DNA of 63,287 bases, filler included, from Asterionella formosa (GCA_002256025.1; 13 parts of 13 records of this genome joined end to end with filler, not necessarily neighbours in it); one strand, 5' to 3'; positions 22,733-34,803 are shown, counted from the whole stretch's first letter. Notes: generated by a model not told the origin, from the letters alone. Translations and numbers: made by a program.

Positions 22733-23779
22733 TGACAAGGTCCCCCTCCACAAGATATTCGCAATATTCGGACTTTCCCGGAACTCCCAGGGAGAGCACC
22801 GGTACGCACTGGTATCATATGTTTCGGTGGCCCAACGATATCTTCATCGTTATTGCACAGGCATGTCGAAGTGACCTCATCTACTGTACCAGGTACCAGT
22901 ATAATGTTGCAAGCAATGACTAAAAAAAAGCTCTGGGAATAACAAGACGATATTATTTAGATTCACGAGCAATTCCCGCTCCAGCTATCGTCTTGCCATT
23001 CGGGTACTTCTAAGTATTTTTTAGGCTCTAATTAATTTCTTAAGTAATTTTTATTTAAGGGCAATATTGGGCACATCGAATTTTTCGGGATAAAAATTGC
23101 GGATTTTAGCATTGACCGCCAGAACAATGGTAATTTAGTCCCGGTATATAGAAATTTTAAAACGCCCGGAACTCCCTATCCGTTGAAAGTAAACCTTGAA
23201 CGAAGAACGATTTCGAGATTTCTGCTTGGGCTGCAATTCCGGGTGCCGGTAATTGAAAGAAGCTTACCGGTAACAGTACCGGTACCTGGTACCGGAAGAC
23301 AAAGTATGGTACCTGGTACCAGGGTGACACCAGGGTAACCTGGTGCTCCTAGCAGGTAAAAGCACCTTCACCAGGTACCAGATACCGAGAACTGTGCAAT
23401 TGTTAAATATACTGTCCCTGCAGAAACAAGCCATGAAAGAAAGATTTCAAGATTTCTGTCTCCGGGATAAAGCGAAACATACCCTTCTTATACCCATGGT
23501 AATAACCTTACGGTAAAAAAGCTCAAACCAACAATCTTCATTTCCCGAACCTCCCTTGAGCAATATTGCTTCCGATATTTTGCTGGTTTGATTAATTCTT
23601 TATACTATATTCTTCACATAATCTTGTCTTACTGTTATGGTTATCCTGTTCGTTAAACACAATATTCAATCAGCATTATGAACGACGATAAAAAGGATAT
23701 CTAGAAAGGCAGCCAATGTGATCACGTAAGTGCAGTAAAACCTTCTCTAACTGCAAAAAAGAAGAGTATTGATGCCACC

Positions 23780-24315
23780 TTGCCTTTTGCTGACGAAGCA
23801 AAGGAGGAAGAACGAGCACGGGACTCTGACTCTTCTCATGGACAAGTGTTTGATGAGAAGAAACATGTTGACCACAAGGTTGGGCGAGGGACTAAATTTT
23901 CGTACCAGGATTCTTCCAAGGTGGCGGTGGAGCATGACGAAGGTCCAGCACCTCCACAAACACTTCCTGGAGCAGTTGCGGTGGGAGCGAGAGATCGTGC
24001 AAGTCCTAGTGCTGAAGCTACAAACAATGAATGGAATGTAGAGGAGTCCCATGGAATCAGTCAACAACCACTTGCCATTCCTGGCATAGAGGGAGGCCAA
24101 CAGGAGACAGTGAATGCCACTCTTGTTGATGAAATTGAAACCTTTATGCCTGCCACTATTATGACTGCCACTGTGACGGCCATCGACACTGAGGCTGAAG
24201 CGAAGGCCCAACGTCACCGTGGCATGATCAACATCATGGTATCTTGCGCTTTCACAAGTCTTGTTGCCATTGTAGCTGTTGTACTTGCAGTTGTGCTTAC
24301 TCAGAACAACAAACC
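23780..24315 (+). CDS. Partial single-pass membrane protein (disordered N-terminus, PGAVAV motif, TM helix), typical of diatom type II LRR/receptor-like proteins
   Basis: LPGAVAVG motif and hydrophobic SLVAIVAVVLAVVLT just before the contig end; the start is uncertain. Confidence 0.55.
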
Positions 24316-24573
24316 NNNNNNNNNNNNNNNNNNNNNNNNNNNNNNNNNNNNNNNNNNNNTTAATTAATTAANNNNNNNNNNNNNNNNNNNNNNNNNNNNN
24401 NNNNNNNNNNNNNNNAACATGACACTTCTGTCCGACTCGGTCGATGGAGCAAAAGAAACGACACCAGCGTCCGGTTATTTGCAAATGGCTGTACTTGATT
24501 AAAAACAAATAACCATTTTGTTAGTAACTATTTATGAGTAAATAAAAATTCTTACTTCCATCTTTCCCCATAG

Positions 24574-24795
24574 GAATCAAGCAAAAACGAAAGTAGTCCT
24601 GACGAGGAATACTGTGTCGTCGATCCGGAAAGTGGGGAACTCATTCGTCTCACAGTAGCCGAAAAGGAGCGTATCTTTCTGGACGCGCTTCAGTCCTACG
24701 ATGCCACTGGAAGGCAAATGCTCAAGGATGACGAGTTTGACCTATTGAAGGAAGATTTGCAATGGAAGAACGGATCTGAGCATATATATAGCTAA
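24574..24795 (+). pseudogene. PGRL1: Truncated PGRL1 (PGR5-like 1) fragment
   Basis: After a CATAG acceptor it reads ESSKNESSPDEEYCVVDPESGELIRLTVAEKERIFLDALQSYDATGRQMLKDDEFDLLKEDLQWKNGSE, matching the PGRL1 E..FL.A.QS.Y..G...M...EFD.LKE.L.W.GS motif. It then hits a stop and AT-rich DNA. Confidence 0.8.
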
Positions 24796-25423
24796 AACAA
24801 GGAAAGACGACACGACAATGAACGTGATGGCTGGTTGTTGATGATACCGGTATGTGATATGCATCAATCCATATCACAAATCATATTATAGTGATGTACA
24901 TATCAACGCATCCATATACTTAGATCCTATCCACTGTATAATACTATCATATTAACTATTGACTTTAACTGTATACATTCAACGACAAACACATATATTA
25001 ATTAACATACTTTATGATTGCTTGATTTATACTCTATGATGTCTTGGTAGCACTTGCGTACATATTTTATTGTATTTTTTTATCATTGTATTATTTTTAC
25101 ATGATCATATATTGATCAAAATTATATCATATATATTTGATAAAATCATCATAATTTTATGATCAATGTATCATAGCTATGTGATGTACTTTATTCAATA
25201 TTACGTATCAACCTTCGGTGATGTATGAATCGATGTAACCTTATCATGATATCACAGTATCATCTTGTCAATCATGATGAGATGATGATTGGGAAGCAAC
25301 TGTATTCTGCATCGTGCTACAGGGTATATTATTATATCACGCAATTTAGTAGCGAAGTCACTCCGCCTGTAATGTACAAAAGTCGACAGTGCAAATACCG
25401 GGTACCGGTACTCACACGCTAAT

Positions 25424-25829
25424 CAGGTTTGAGGCAATGGACAGTGGTTCCAACGAGCAAATGATGATATGGTACCAATTTTTCCAGCGAAAGAACTTGT
25501 CTCTCTATTGATGAGGATGACACGGACACGGACACCGACTTTTCCAGGAGCAAATAACAATGAAGAAACCCACTTGACGCTCTATTGATGTTCACAAAGA
25601 TGCGGACAAGTTCAACAGTGAATACAAGAACAATATACCAATGAAAACAAGTCAACAGTGTGTACGCAAACGCCCAGCAGGTTTGAGGCAACGGACAATT
25701 CCAACAAGCAAATGACGATACAGATATCAAATTCTTCCTACGAGCAAACAACAATGAAAAGAGCCACTTGCTTTCGCTCTCTTGCTTGATGGTATCAAAG
25801 ATGCGGACAAGTTCAATAGTTAATTCAAG
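25424..25829. repeat. Diverged local duplication
   Basis: caggtttgaggcaa.ggaca...gagcaaa..acaatgaa.a..ccacttg...aaagatgcggacaagttcaa occurs at ~25424-25628 and ~25678-25829. Confidence 0.75.
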
Positions 25830-26531
25830 TACAGTATGCCAAATGCAGAAACGAGCGAGCGATATGAAAATGAAATACATTCTAATCAGAATCATTCTAT
25901 AACTATAGCTATGTGGACAGTAGTCTGTTATGCACATTTTCGTATCTCCTTCTATGCTGAATCTCAATAGTAGATGTAGTATCATGTGAGAATTGAAAAT
26001 GTTAACGAGAACAAGTAGAATGTGTTTGTTTACGGGTTGATTGGCAAGATTGTCATGCTGAAGTGCACGAAATGGATATAATTTGTGCGCTGTGTGCGGA
26101 AACATTACGAGTTCGAATGGTTTCTTCTCTCCTGTACACTCTTAATTGAATGGTTATGAAAAAAGGGTAACTGCACATGACGATTACTCGAAGATATAAA
26201 GATCACTTGACCAACAAATTGAAGACGTTATCGCAAACATTCATTCCGCTTGTCATTGCTAGTATTTCCTTGTTGTTGCAAAAATCGGAGTGATGAGGGA
26301 TGGAAATGACGAGCCAAATTACATTACTTGAACTGGTACATTATCCTACCAAGAAATTCGAATACAGGAATCAAATAGAAACAATACATATAATAATTAA
26401 ATATATGTAGTCAAAAGGGTTACAATTTAAATTACAAAGGCATTTATCAAAATTATTAGATGATATAACGAAAAATTATGATCAGATGATCACAATCCTA
26501 TGATGCATCATGGAAATATGATAGTTTTTAT

Positions 26532-29192
26532 TTGCAGATGAAAGGAAAAGGGATAGGCAATAAGAAACAACAGAGCAAGAACAATTATATTCCAGATAAT
26601 GTAATTGAGGCAGTGAAGAAAGCTGGAGGGAAACTTGGGAGCAAATATGTGAGCTATCTGCTCAGGGGTCGAAATAAAGAGGAAGGTCGTGTTGTTAAAT
26701 CGGTATCGAGTGAAGGACATGACAATGAGCAAGCCGATTCTGAAGATGATGCGACTGAAGGTCCCAGCCACATGCCAAGTGACGCTGCTTCCGCATCATT
26801 CGGCTGTGACTCTCGGAATAGGCATTCTGAGAACCCAACCAAAAAGCAAAAGGTCAGCTCAACAAGCAGCACCCGTAGGGAGCTCGCTGGTGTGGTGACT
26901 CACTGTAAAGTGGGCTACAAGGTTGGAAAGGCACTAGTCATACAGCATCCTAACGACTTTAAGGTCACAGCTCGTCTGGAAGTGGATTCCAGAGCCGACA
27001 CATGTTGTTTTGGGAAAACATTCCGCCTACTAGAGCAAAGCGATCGAGTGGCAGATGTTCAGGGCTTCTCTGGGGAGCTCGGATCCTTTTCAGATGTTCC
27101 AATTTGCACATGTGCAACAGCAATTGACCTAACAGGGGTACAGGAAACCATCATTGGTGTCTGGAACGAAGGCCTTTACTTTGGCAAGCGTTTAGACGAT
27201 TCACTCCTCAACCCTAATCAGTAACGAGCATATGGTATTGTAGTCGACACCTGCCCCAAGCAATATTCCCAAGGAAAGTCTTTGCACGGAATTTATGTTC
27301 CAGAACAAGACCTTTTCTTCCCATTCAAGATGCATGGATGCATCAGCTATCTCACTACTCGCCTCCCTACCGATGATGAATTAGTCAACTGTCGGCACGT
27401 CACATTTACTTCCGATGCAGCATGGGACCCTTATTCGCAGTCCTTTGCCAACCTCGAGAAGGTTTATGAAAATGTTGCTCGTGGAGATACAACTGGGGAG
27501 TTCTTTAGCACACATGGCGACATTGTGCACTGTGTTGGAGCCACTTCCAGCACAGATCGCCGCTCAACTGTGGATGCAGCCACACTGGCCCGACGAAAAA
27601 GTTTGGCAACTGCAGCGAGTACCCTGCAGGCATCTACAACAAGAGCAGTACGGTTTTACCCACAAATGGAAGAGCTCTCCCACCGGTTTCGTACGCGTCA
27701 AGGACAGCTACGATACCCTCACCTTCGTACTAGGTGGTATACTGATACCATGTTTCCCAAGGACAAGGTGAAGTCGGTGAGGGGACACACATGTGCACAA
27801 CTTTTCTGTAATGATCAGTGTTGGGCCAAGGTGTATCCAATGCGCTCTGAGGCAGATTGTGGGGATAGATTCAATGCGGCCATCCGGCAATATGGAATTC
27901 CAGAACTAGGTATCCACTCAGACAATGCAGCTGCGGAAACAGGGGACTTCACAGAGTTCGAGAGAGTCCGGAAGATCCACTTAGTTCCTCGCACAACAAC
28001 AGAGCCTCACAGCCCCTGGATGAACAGAGCTGAGAGCGAGATTGGACAATTCAAGACGCATTGGCGTCGTATCATGAATAGGTACAGATGTCCAGACATG
28101 CTGTGGTGTTTTGCAGCGGAATATACCTCCAACATCCGTGAGCTCATGTCTAGACCTGCACTTGAGGGTCGATCTCCATATGAAGTAATGACAGGTGAGA
28201 CTCCTGATATTTCGGAGTATACAGATTTCGATTTCTATCAGTTTGTGATTTACTATGATCCCAATGATATGGACGAGAGTGGCCTGGCCCGACGGAAACT
28301 CGGGAGATGGCTCGGCCCCTCCAAGAGCGTTGGGCAAGCTTTATGTTACTATGTACTTAAGGCGAATGGGCGGTACATCGCTCGGTCGACTGTAAGGCCG
28401 ATTGTCGACGATGATTATTTAAAGTATCCAATGCTGAGAGATGAAATGAAAGAATTTGAGACTAGGATAAAGGAGCATGTTGGGGTCCATGATAATGATG
28501 CTATCCTCCAGTCTGAGGTAGATGAGCCTGAAGAAGAGATCTTCGAGGCTACCCCTGATGGCATTCTCCCTACAGATGAAGATCTGGAAGAAGATCCTAA
28601 TGGTCCAAGTTTCGATCCACTGATTAAGGCTCAGGTCGTACTTCCACACAAGGAGGGCGATATGATTGCAGTGGTCATTAAACAAAAGCGGGATGCAAAC
28701 GGGAACCTGGTTGGGCGAAAGCACAGGTTTCCAAGGTTAGATTCCAGGGTTTATGAGGTCGAATTCTTAGATGGTGAGCGACAGCAAATCGCATACAATA
28801 TATTGGCAGAGCATCTCCTCAGTCAGGTAGACGAGGAGGGTAGACAGTACCAACTCTTCAAAGAAATTGTGGACCATCGCCGTGATTCAAGGAAGGCTGT
28901 GGAGAAGAGTGATCAATACTTCCAGAGAAACGGTAAACATTATAAGAAGAAGACAACAACTGGTTGGGATCTAGAAGTCGAATGGAGGGACGGATCTACA
29001 TCCTGGCTCCCATTAAAGACTTTGAAGCAAACAAATCCAATTGAAGTTGCTGAATATGCCAAAGCGAACCAAATCGAAACCGAGCCTGCTTTTGATTGGT
29101 GGGTTCCAATGGTTTTAAGACGCAAGAAACGAATCATCAGGGCAACACAGAGTAGACACCACCGAGCTGGTTTTAAATTTGGGGTTCAAATG
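26532..29192 (+). mobile_element. CoDi Ty1/copia pol: protease, integrase, chromodomain-like segment and start of RT; one in-frame stop at 27222-27224
   Basis: LEVDSRADTCC protease; WYTDT/HSDN/EPHSPWMNRAE integrase; GWDLEVEWRDGSTSWLPL..LK..NP chromo-like segment; KFG start of RT. The two ORFs are in the same frame. Confidence 0.95.
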
Positions 29193-29320
29193 NNNNNNNN
29201 NNNNNNNNNNNNNNNNNNNNNNNNNNNNNNNNNNNNTTAATTAATTAANNNNNNNNNNNNNNNNNNNNNNNNNNNNNNNNNNNNNNNNNNNNTCTAGCAG
29301 GAACCAACTACCGGGTACTC

Positions 29321-30934
29321 ATGGGCTCCTTGTTTCTGGGGTTAATGCCCTGGATGGAAGAAGTTTCTTTCCAAGCGTTGCTGAACCACGAGTACAAAAA
29401 GGAATCCAAGATTGTCCAAGTGTTGTCTCGACATTCCCACGATCGACGACGAATGATGTTGTCAGATCGAGCGGCATTCATGGAAGCTTTCGTGCGAACA
29501 ACAGCAAATAACGTGAATGAGGAGGAGGATCAGGAGGAATGGACTCCAGGAAGTCTCATCAAATTGGTGGATTGGCGAGTCGTTGTTCGCTCGTCCTTGC
29601 CGAGCGCCACAACGATGGCAGCGTCGCAAGACGCAATGGTGTGGTTGGAGATTCTAGGGAGCGTATCATTGATTGGAGCACAAAGTATGGGAGTTGTGGG
29701 AGACCCTATCGACATTCATCAAACGATGGATGTAAGACGGGCCGTGGAGTACTTGAAAAACATATCGCCGCCACCTACTGTTTGTAGAAATAGTAGCACA
29801 AGTATTCCCACACAACCAACATTGGGCAATATGGAACACTGTTTGATACAAGCGCGAGAAAAATCAAATGGACATGGTACCATTTTGGAGCAAATCATGG
29901 CGCAGGCAGAAGAGGATCGGAAGAACGAGGAGAAGTCACTGAAGTGGGCGCCTCCGATACTGGGAAATGCATTGGAGCTACTTCAAGATGGAGAAACCAT
30001 GGATCAGATTTTCATGCCTCATAACAGCTCTCATCAGTTCCATATGGAAACCAATAAAACACCAGAAATACTGCGGCATCCTTTGGCCTTGATTCAAAAG
30101 GATCAGGCGGATGCAGCCCAGCAGACAGTGTTAGGGGATCTCACAGTATTGCTCAAGGATTCTGCCATGGTCCAAGCTTTAGTTGAAACAGCTGCATCAC
30201 CGACACGAGGAGCTATTGCTAAAGGAGTTACCATGATGAGCATTCGAAAAAACCATAACTTTCACGTAGAAGAAACCAAAAAACAGCATCATGTCCCACT
30301 TAGGCATTGCAACTCCCGCTCGAATTCGCCAGCATCACCACGACAATCGGATGATACATCACACAAGACCAGTGCCAAGACGATAAATGGTACTATCTTT
30401 GCTTCTCTAACAATACAACAATTGGATAGGATAGTGGAGAATGATGGCACAGCTTTTGTGCAAGACGATTGGTCCATGCGACGAGCAATACCCATGGGAC
30501 AACGGCAACCGGAAACGGACATTACACCCCTAAGGACCAATGCAACTTTCAAAACGCCATCGACCACACTGTTTCATAATGTGAAGAGTCCGAAACGACT
30601 ACGAGAACTGGAAGATGACGACAACGATGATGATGCACCAAGAGGAATTAGCTCGATGTTATTCGATAGTCAGTCCTCTGATGATGATGATGATGACAAC
30701 GACGGCAATAGAAAACCTGCTTCAATTGACGACCGAAGAAGCATTCAAATCCAGGAAGAAAATGTCAAGACTTTTGGGATATCAAGTTTCCAACATACGC
30801 GGAATTTTTTCAAAGCACTTTTGGATCCATCCAACAACCCTGTCAAGAAGAGTGGTAGTACACTGCTTGTACCCCCTGAGAAGAGGCATCAGTCTCTCAA
30901 GTGTATGCTGGATCAGACAGTGACAACAGAATAA
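29321..30934 (+). CDS. Hypothetical protein with a candidate TPP1/Tpz1/Est3-type OB fold at the N-terminus and a long disordered C-terminus
   Basis: 537-aa ORF, open to the contig start. Motif order L.PW.E / IVQVL / LSD...MEAF / acidic loop / GSLIKL.DW / VWLEI / G...GDP..I...DV. The CDS is likely real; the function is inferred. Confidence 0.6.
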   Translation: MGSLFLGLMPWMEEVSFQALLNHEYKKESKIVQVLSRHSHDRRRMMLSDRAAFMEAFVRTTANNVNEEEDQEEWTPGSLIKLVDWRVVVRSSLPSATTMAASQDAMVWLEILGSVSLIGAQSMGVVGDPIDIHQTMDVRRAVEYLKNISPPPTVCRNSSTSIPTQPTLGNMEHCLIQAREKSNGHGTILEQIMAQAEEDRKNEEKSLKWAPPILGNALELLQDGETMDQIFMPHNSSHQFHMETNKTPEILRHPLALIQKDQADAAQQTVLGDLTVLLKDSAMVQALVETAASPTRGAIAKGVTMMSIRKNHNFHVEETKKQHHVPLRHCNSRSNSPASPRQSDDTSHKTSAKTINGTIFASLTIQQLDRIVENDGTAFVQDDWSMRRAIPMGQRQPETDITPLRTNATFKTPSTTLFHNVKSPKRLRELEDDDNDDDAPRGISSMLFDSQSSDDDDDDNDGNRKPASIDDRRSIQIQEENVKTFGISSFQHTRNFFKALLDPSNNPVKKSGSTLLVPPEKRHQSLKCMLDQTVTTE

Positions 30935-30989
30935 AAGTAATTGTTAAATTCAAATGTAGATTAAATTGTCTTCCCAAAGGTGCTTCTTA

Positions 30990-33128
30990 CTACTCCTCCT
31001 TTGCCTTGGTAGCAAGCTCATCAATGACCCGAAATTGGCGGGACCATGTTACGTTATAGAGAAACTGTCTCAAATCAAATCGATTGTCATCTGGTGAATA
31101 CGCCTCTGCATGATATGCTGGTGTAATCGTGCACATTTTGTGTCGATTGATGGAATAATAATAAAAGAATCGTTTCACTTTCTCTGCCACACTTTGTGGT
31201 GAGAGATGTGACCATTCCACACAAAGTTGCCGAAACATGGCGACAGGTCCACAACGGCCAATCTTGCGCAACCGACCAAAGATTCCAAGCTCCTCGTACG
31301 TCATACCCATTTCCACTTCATCCAATTGGCTGTGTTCATCGCCAGTTACTTCACCATCATTTGATGTTGAAACGATTGGTCGAAGTTCTGCTGTCGGTGC
31401 TGCATTTGCAATTTCAGCAAGGACTTGGTAATTCTCATAATTCTGAGAAGCCCAAAGAAGCATTCGCTTTAAATCACCTTTGGACATGGCTCCGATTGGA
31501 TTCAAATCAGCTGATGAACAATCATATTTTGTCATGTATCCTCGAAGTCCTTCGTCAACATTGGCACTCCCAAGAACAAGCAAGAATCCAGATCGACCCC
31601 TTACCCATGGCAGAAGCTGTGCCAACAAGTAAGCGGTGACCATTCGTAGCCGGGCTTGAATGTTTTGCAACGCCAAATCTTCCGCTACTGTCCCACCATG
31701 GGATGTAAACCTTGGAGTCTTTCCCGTGGTGATTGAAAAAACCTTGATAATGGCAGACACCATCAAATCAATTTTGATGGAAAGGTGGTACGATCCAATC
31801 GCAGTACCCAGCCGCGCGGCACGAGATTCCGTAGCCCGCGATGAATTCTCAGTCCCCATAAAGGTGGTGTAAAAGACACAATTGGCCATTTCCTCGGGTG
31901 TTTTTGGGATCCAATCGCCATCTTTGTGACACACTCTGCGGCAGTCTTGCGCAACATCTGGATCATACTTGGCAGCATTGGTAACCAACTGACACATGAC
32001 TCCCACAATGGCGGCCACGGAAGACGAATCTGCACCGCCACTCAGAGGAAGGAAAAATCCGGTGGCCCCCGATCGCCGCAAGTAATCCCACAACCAGCAT
32101 GCAGGTCCCAGACAGCACTCTTCTTCTGGAGAGTGGTATTGCAATTTGGTCAAAGGTTTTGTTGGTTTGAGCTGAGCGTTGGAGTCAATTAGGGTAATAT
32201 CATGATAGGTTGAATAGTTTCCTTCGTAGAATCTAGCTTGCATCCCTAGTGAAGGTATGGACGCTCGGTAGGATCTAACTTCATCAAGGTCCACAGTCGC
32301 CACAATCACTTGAACGTCAGATACATTGAATTGAGGTGCCTGTACTAGCACTTTTCCATTGACACAAATCATGGCACATCCATCATAGTACAGTCGCCCT
32401 CCATCGCACCCACGTTGATTGGCATACAAATAAATCCCTCCTGATTTTTGGGTGGCACTTTTAATCAAATCAATTCGTGCATCTAACTTTCTCAACTCAT
32501 GATGCGATCCACTGGCATTTCCAATAATGTCAACCCCTCGTAGAGCCAATCCAATATGCGAGGATTGCGGAGTCCATAGTTCTTCACATGATTCACATCC
32601 TACTGTCGTACCGTCCGCACATTGGATAGGCTGCAATCCAAAGGGAGCCTCCCGTTGCCCAAAGCTGTCGTGGAATATTTGTGGTAGCAGTATCCGTTCC
32701 TTCAGACACTTGGTCGGCGGATACGCTGTAAAGTACCTGGATTCCCGATAATTTCCCCCATCTGCCATGGCAGTCTTGGGTCTGATCATGAGTATCGTCC
32801 GATTGTGAACCAATATACGGCAATTGTATCGCACACCTTGAAACAGAACAGGCATTCCAAAGTCGCAGAGCAATCCCCCATCGGTCGCCCCACGTTGCAT
32901 CAACTCATGCAGAGATTCCCAACAATGAAGAATGGTGTCATGTTCAAAGAAGTGATCTTCACAGCCATATCCACAAATTTCCAATTCCGGGCCCAAGCGA
33001 TACGAGGCTCCCAGCGCCTTGGCTTGCTGACATGATTTCAGAATCCGTTCAACGTTGCCATCAAAATCCATGGCCCATTGATTCAGGTTGCATGTTGCGA
33101 CGGTAACCAACGACCCGTGCATTGCCAT
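30990..33128 (-). CDS. NADSYN1: Glutamine-dependent NAD+ synthetase
   Basis: Nitrilase domain (GPELE, RPK, CEELW) plus synthetase motifs PLSGGADS, LQNIQARLRM, TKYDCSSAD and SPDDNRFDLRQFLY. Confidence 0.98.
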   Translation of the reverse strand: MAMHGSLVTVATCNLNQWAMDFDGNVERILKSCQQAKALGASYRLGPELEICGYGCEDHFFEHDTILHCWESLHELMQRGATDGGLLCDFGMPVLFQGVRYNCRILVHNRTILMIRPKTAMADGGNYRESRYFTAYPPTKCLKERILLPQIFHDSFGQREAPFGLQPIQCADGTTVGCESCEELWTPQSSHIGLALRGVDIIGNASGSHHELRKLDARIDLIKSATQKSGGIYLYANQRGCDGGRLYYDGCAMICVNGKVLVQAPQFNVSDVQVIVATVDLDEVRSYRASIPSLGMQARFYEGNYSTYHDITLIDSNAQLKPTKPLTKLQYHSPEEECCLGPACWLWDYLRRSGATGFFLPLSGGADSSSVAAIVGVMCQLVTNAAKYDPDVAQDCRRVCHKDGDWIPKTPEEMANCVFYTTFMGTENSSRATESRAARLGTAIGSYHLSIKIDLMVSAIIKVFSITTGKTPRFTSHGGTVAEDLALQNIQARLRMVTAYLLAQLLPWVRGRSGFLLVLGSANVDEGLRGYMTKYDCSSADLNPIGAMSKGDLKRMLLWASQNYENYQVLAEIANAAPTAELRPIVSTSNDGEVTGDEHSQLDEVEMGMTYEELGIFGRLRKIGRCGPVAMFRQLCVEWSHLSPQSVAEKVKRFFYYYSINRHKMCTITPAYHAEAYSPDDNRFDLRQFLYNVTWSRQFRVIDELATKAKEE

Positions 33129-33459
33129 GGTGCGTGTAGTGCAGTTTGTATAGTATCTAGTGTCAGTTTCTAGTGCTGCAACCCAAACTGCAGGCGATGG
33201 AGTTGAGTGAAGTGGTGTGTGTCGAGGATGGAGCGATTTTATATTTTTTATATATGGTTCCGGATTCTGTGATTTTTGTGAGAGGAGAGTTTTGTGTCGT
33301 CCTGATGTCTACATATGTACCGGTATTTATTACGTACGTATGTTTTAGCCAATTTAGGCAATACATATACCGGTTTATGTAGAAGTATTCACGCTTCCTC
33401 TAACCGGGACGAGCGGACTCAAAACAACAGCCAACAAAGAAAGAATCCGAGGAGAATGA

Positions 33460-33490
33460 ATTTATGCTCAGGATGATCCCGAGCATAAAT
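33460..33490. repeat. Near-perfect palindrome upstream of NADSYN1
   Basis: atttatgctc-a-ggat g atcc-c-gagcataaat (14 of 15 pairs). Confidence 0.7.
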
Positions 33491-33723
33491 ACTACCAGTA
33501 CCCAACTAAGTGTTAGTACTCCTTCCTACCAAAACAAAGCGGAAAAGTAAACCTTTTCTAAAGTTAAACTAACAATGGCGGGTGCACATTGATCGCTTCA
33601 CACACAAACACAAAATGTGACATACCGGATATTGACATAGAAAATGGTTGTCAAAATCCAACCAAGTCCTCCTATTCCGTTTGTTCCACTTTGTGTGCCA
33701 CGTATTGTTGCTGCAAACGAGAG

Positions 33724-34068
33724 CTAGAGTTCATCCACTTCTTTTTCTTGGTTTCCCTTTTTTGCTGGAAAGAATCTCGAAAAACTCCAAGTTTTTTTCG
33801 GCTCAAAAGTTAGAAACTCAACAGATGGTTTCTTTCGATCACAAACTGGACAAGAGCCCGAACCACATTTGTGAACATCACAGCATGTTTGCAAGCGGAG
33901 CGCCTCTTCGTCCATTGGAGCGTCGTCTTCTTCAGCAGTCATGGTCATTTCTGGGATGGGATCTTCTATCTGCTCCTTTTCGTCGATCGGAACCTCCTCT
34001 ACGGGTTTGGGACGACGAGAGAACTGTACCATGCCAGCCACGAGGACCAACAAGAGAAGGAATATAGC
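33724..34068 (-). CDS. 3' part of a small hypothetical membrane protein with a CC..H.C..G.C..C motif
   Basis: Hydrophobic stretch, acidic linker, then TCCDVHKCGSGSCPVC; open to the contig end. Confidence 0.55.
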   Translation of the reverse strand, partial: AIFLLLLVLVAGMVQFSRRPKPVEEVPIDEKEQIEDPIPEMTMTAEEDDAPMDEEALRLQTCCDVHKCGSGSCPVCDRKKPSVEFLTFEPKKTWSFSRFFPAKKGNQEKEVDEL

Positions 34069-34296
34069 NNNNNNNNNNNNNNNNNNNNNNNNNNNNNNNN
34101 NNNNNNNNNNNNTTAATTAATTAANNNNNNNNNNNNNNNNNNNNNNNNNNNNNNNNNNNNNNNNNNNNCCCACCCATGCCCCCCCCCCCCCCCCCCCTAG
34201 CAACATGACGGTTTCAGAGCACATCCTACATGTGGTACCTACACTGGCATTTCATGATTTATTGAATACCACTGGAACAGAGAAAACGACTATACA

Positions 34297-34803
34297 ATGA
34301 TCGATTTCGAATCGGAATACACTCTCCTGACAGCAGACCCTCCGTATGATCCAATCTACAATGACACGAAAGAAAAAGAGACGAATTGCGACAGCGGTAC
34401 TCTCAAGAACCTCAGAGACAAACTGTCACGCAAGACGACTACAGAAAAGAGAACGAGCATCAATACTGCCGCCACATTGTCAGCGAAGGCGCAAACTCAC
34501 CACAAACACCACGAGGATAGGAAATCAGATGCAAAAACTACAGGAATTGGAACCATCATCGAAAAAGCCATTCCTGCATCGTTTCAGGCGCAAACTCATC
34601 ACAAAGATCACGATGAAAGGACATCACACAAGCAAACTACAGGAATAAGAGCCATCATTGGTAATGTCGCCATAACATTGCAGCCACAAAATTACAGGTA
34701 CAAAAATGACAAAATGTCCTCACACAAGACAAATACAAGAATAGGAACCATTATCGATACAGCCATCGCATTTTTGCCCCTGCAAACTCATCACAAACAT
34801 TAA
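34297..34803 (+). repeat. Degenerate ~96-100-bp tandem repeat forming a repetitive ORF
   Basis: caaactca.cacaaa and ggaaccat.atc recur (QTHHK...TGI..II units); coding status is doubtful. Confidence 0.5.

Noticed and set aside
19533..24315. Contig 5 (4783 bp) is slightly out of the descending length order
   Set aside because: A 5-6 bp discrepancy is most simply explained by post-sorting polishing or trimming; no biological inference is possible.
27222..27224. Programmed read-through stop in copia pol
   Set aside because: The TAA falls inside the conserved protease-region NPNQxR motif rather than at a gag-pol boundary; a simple nonsense mutation is more likely.
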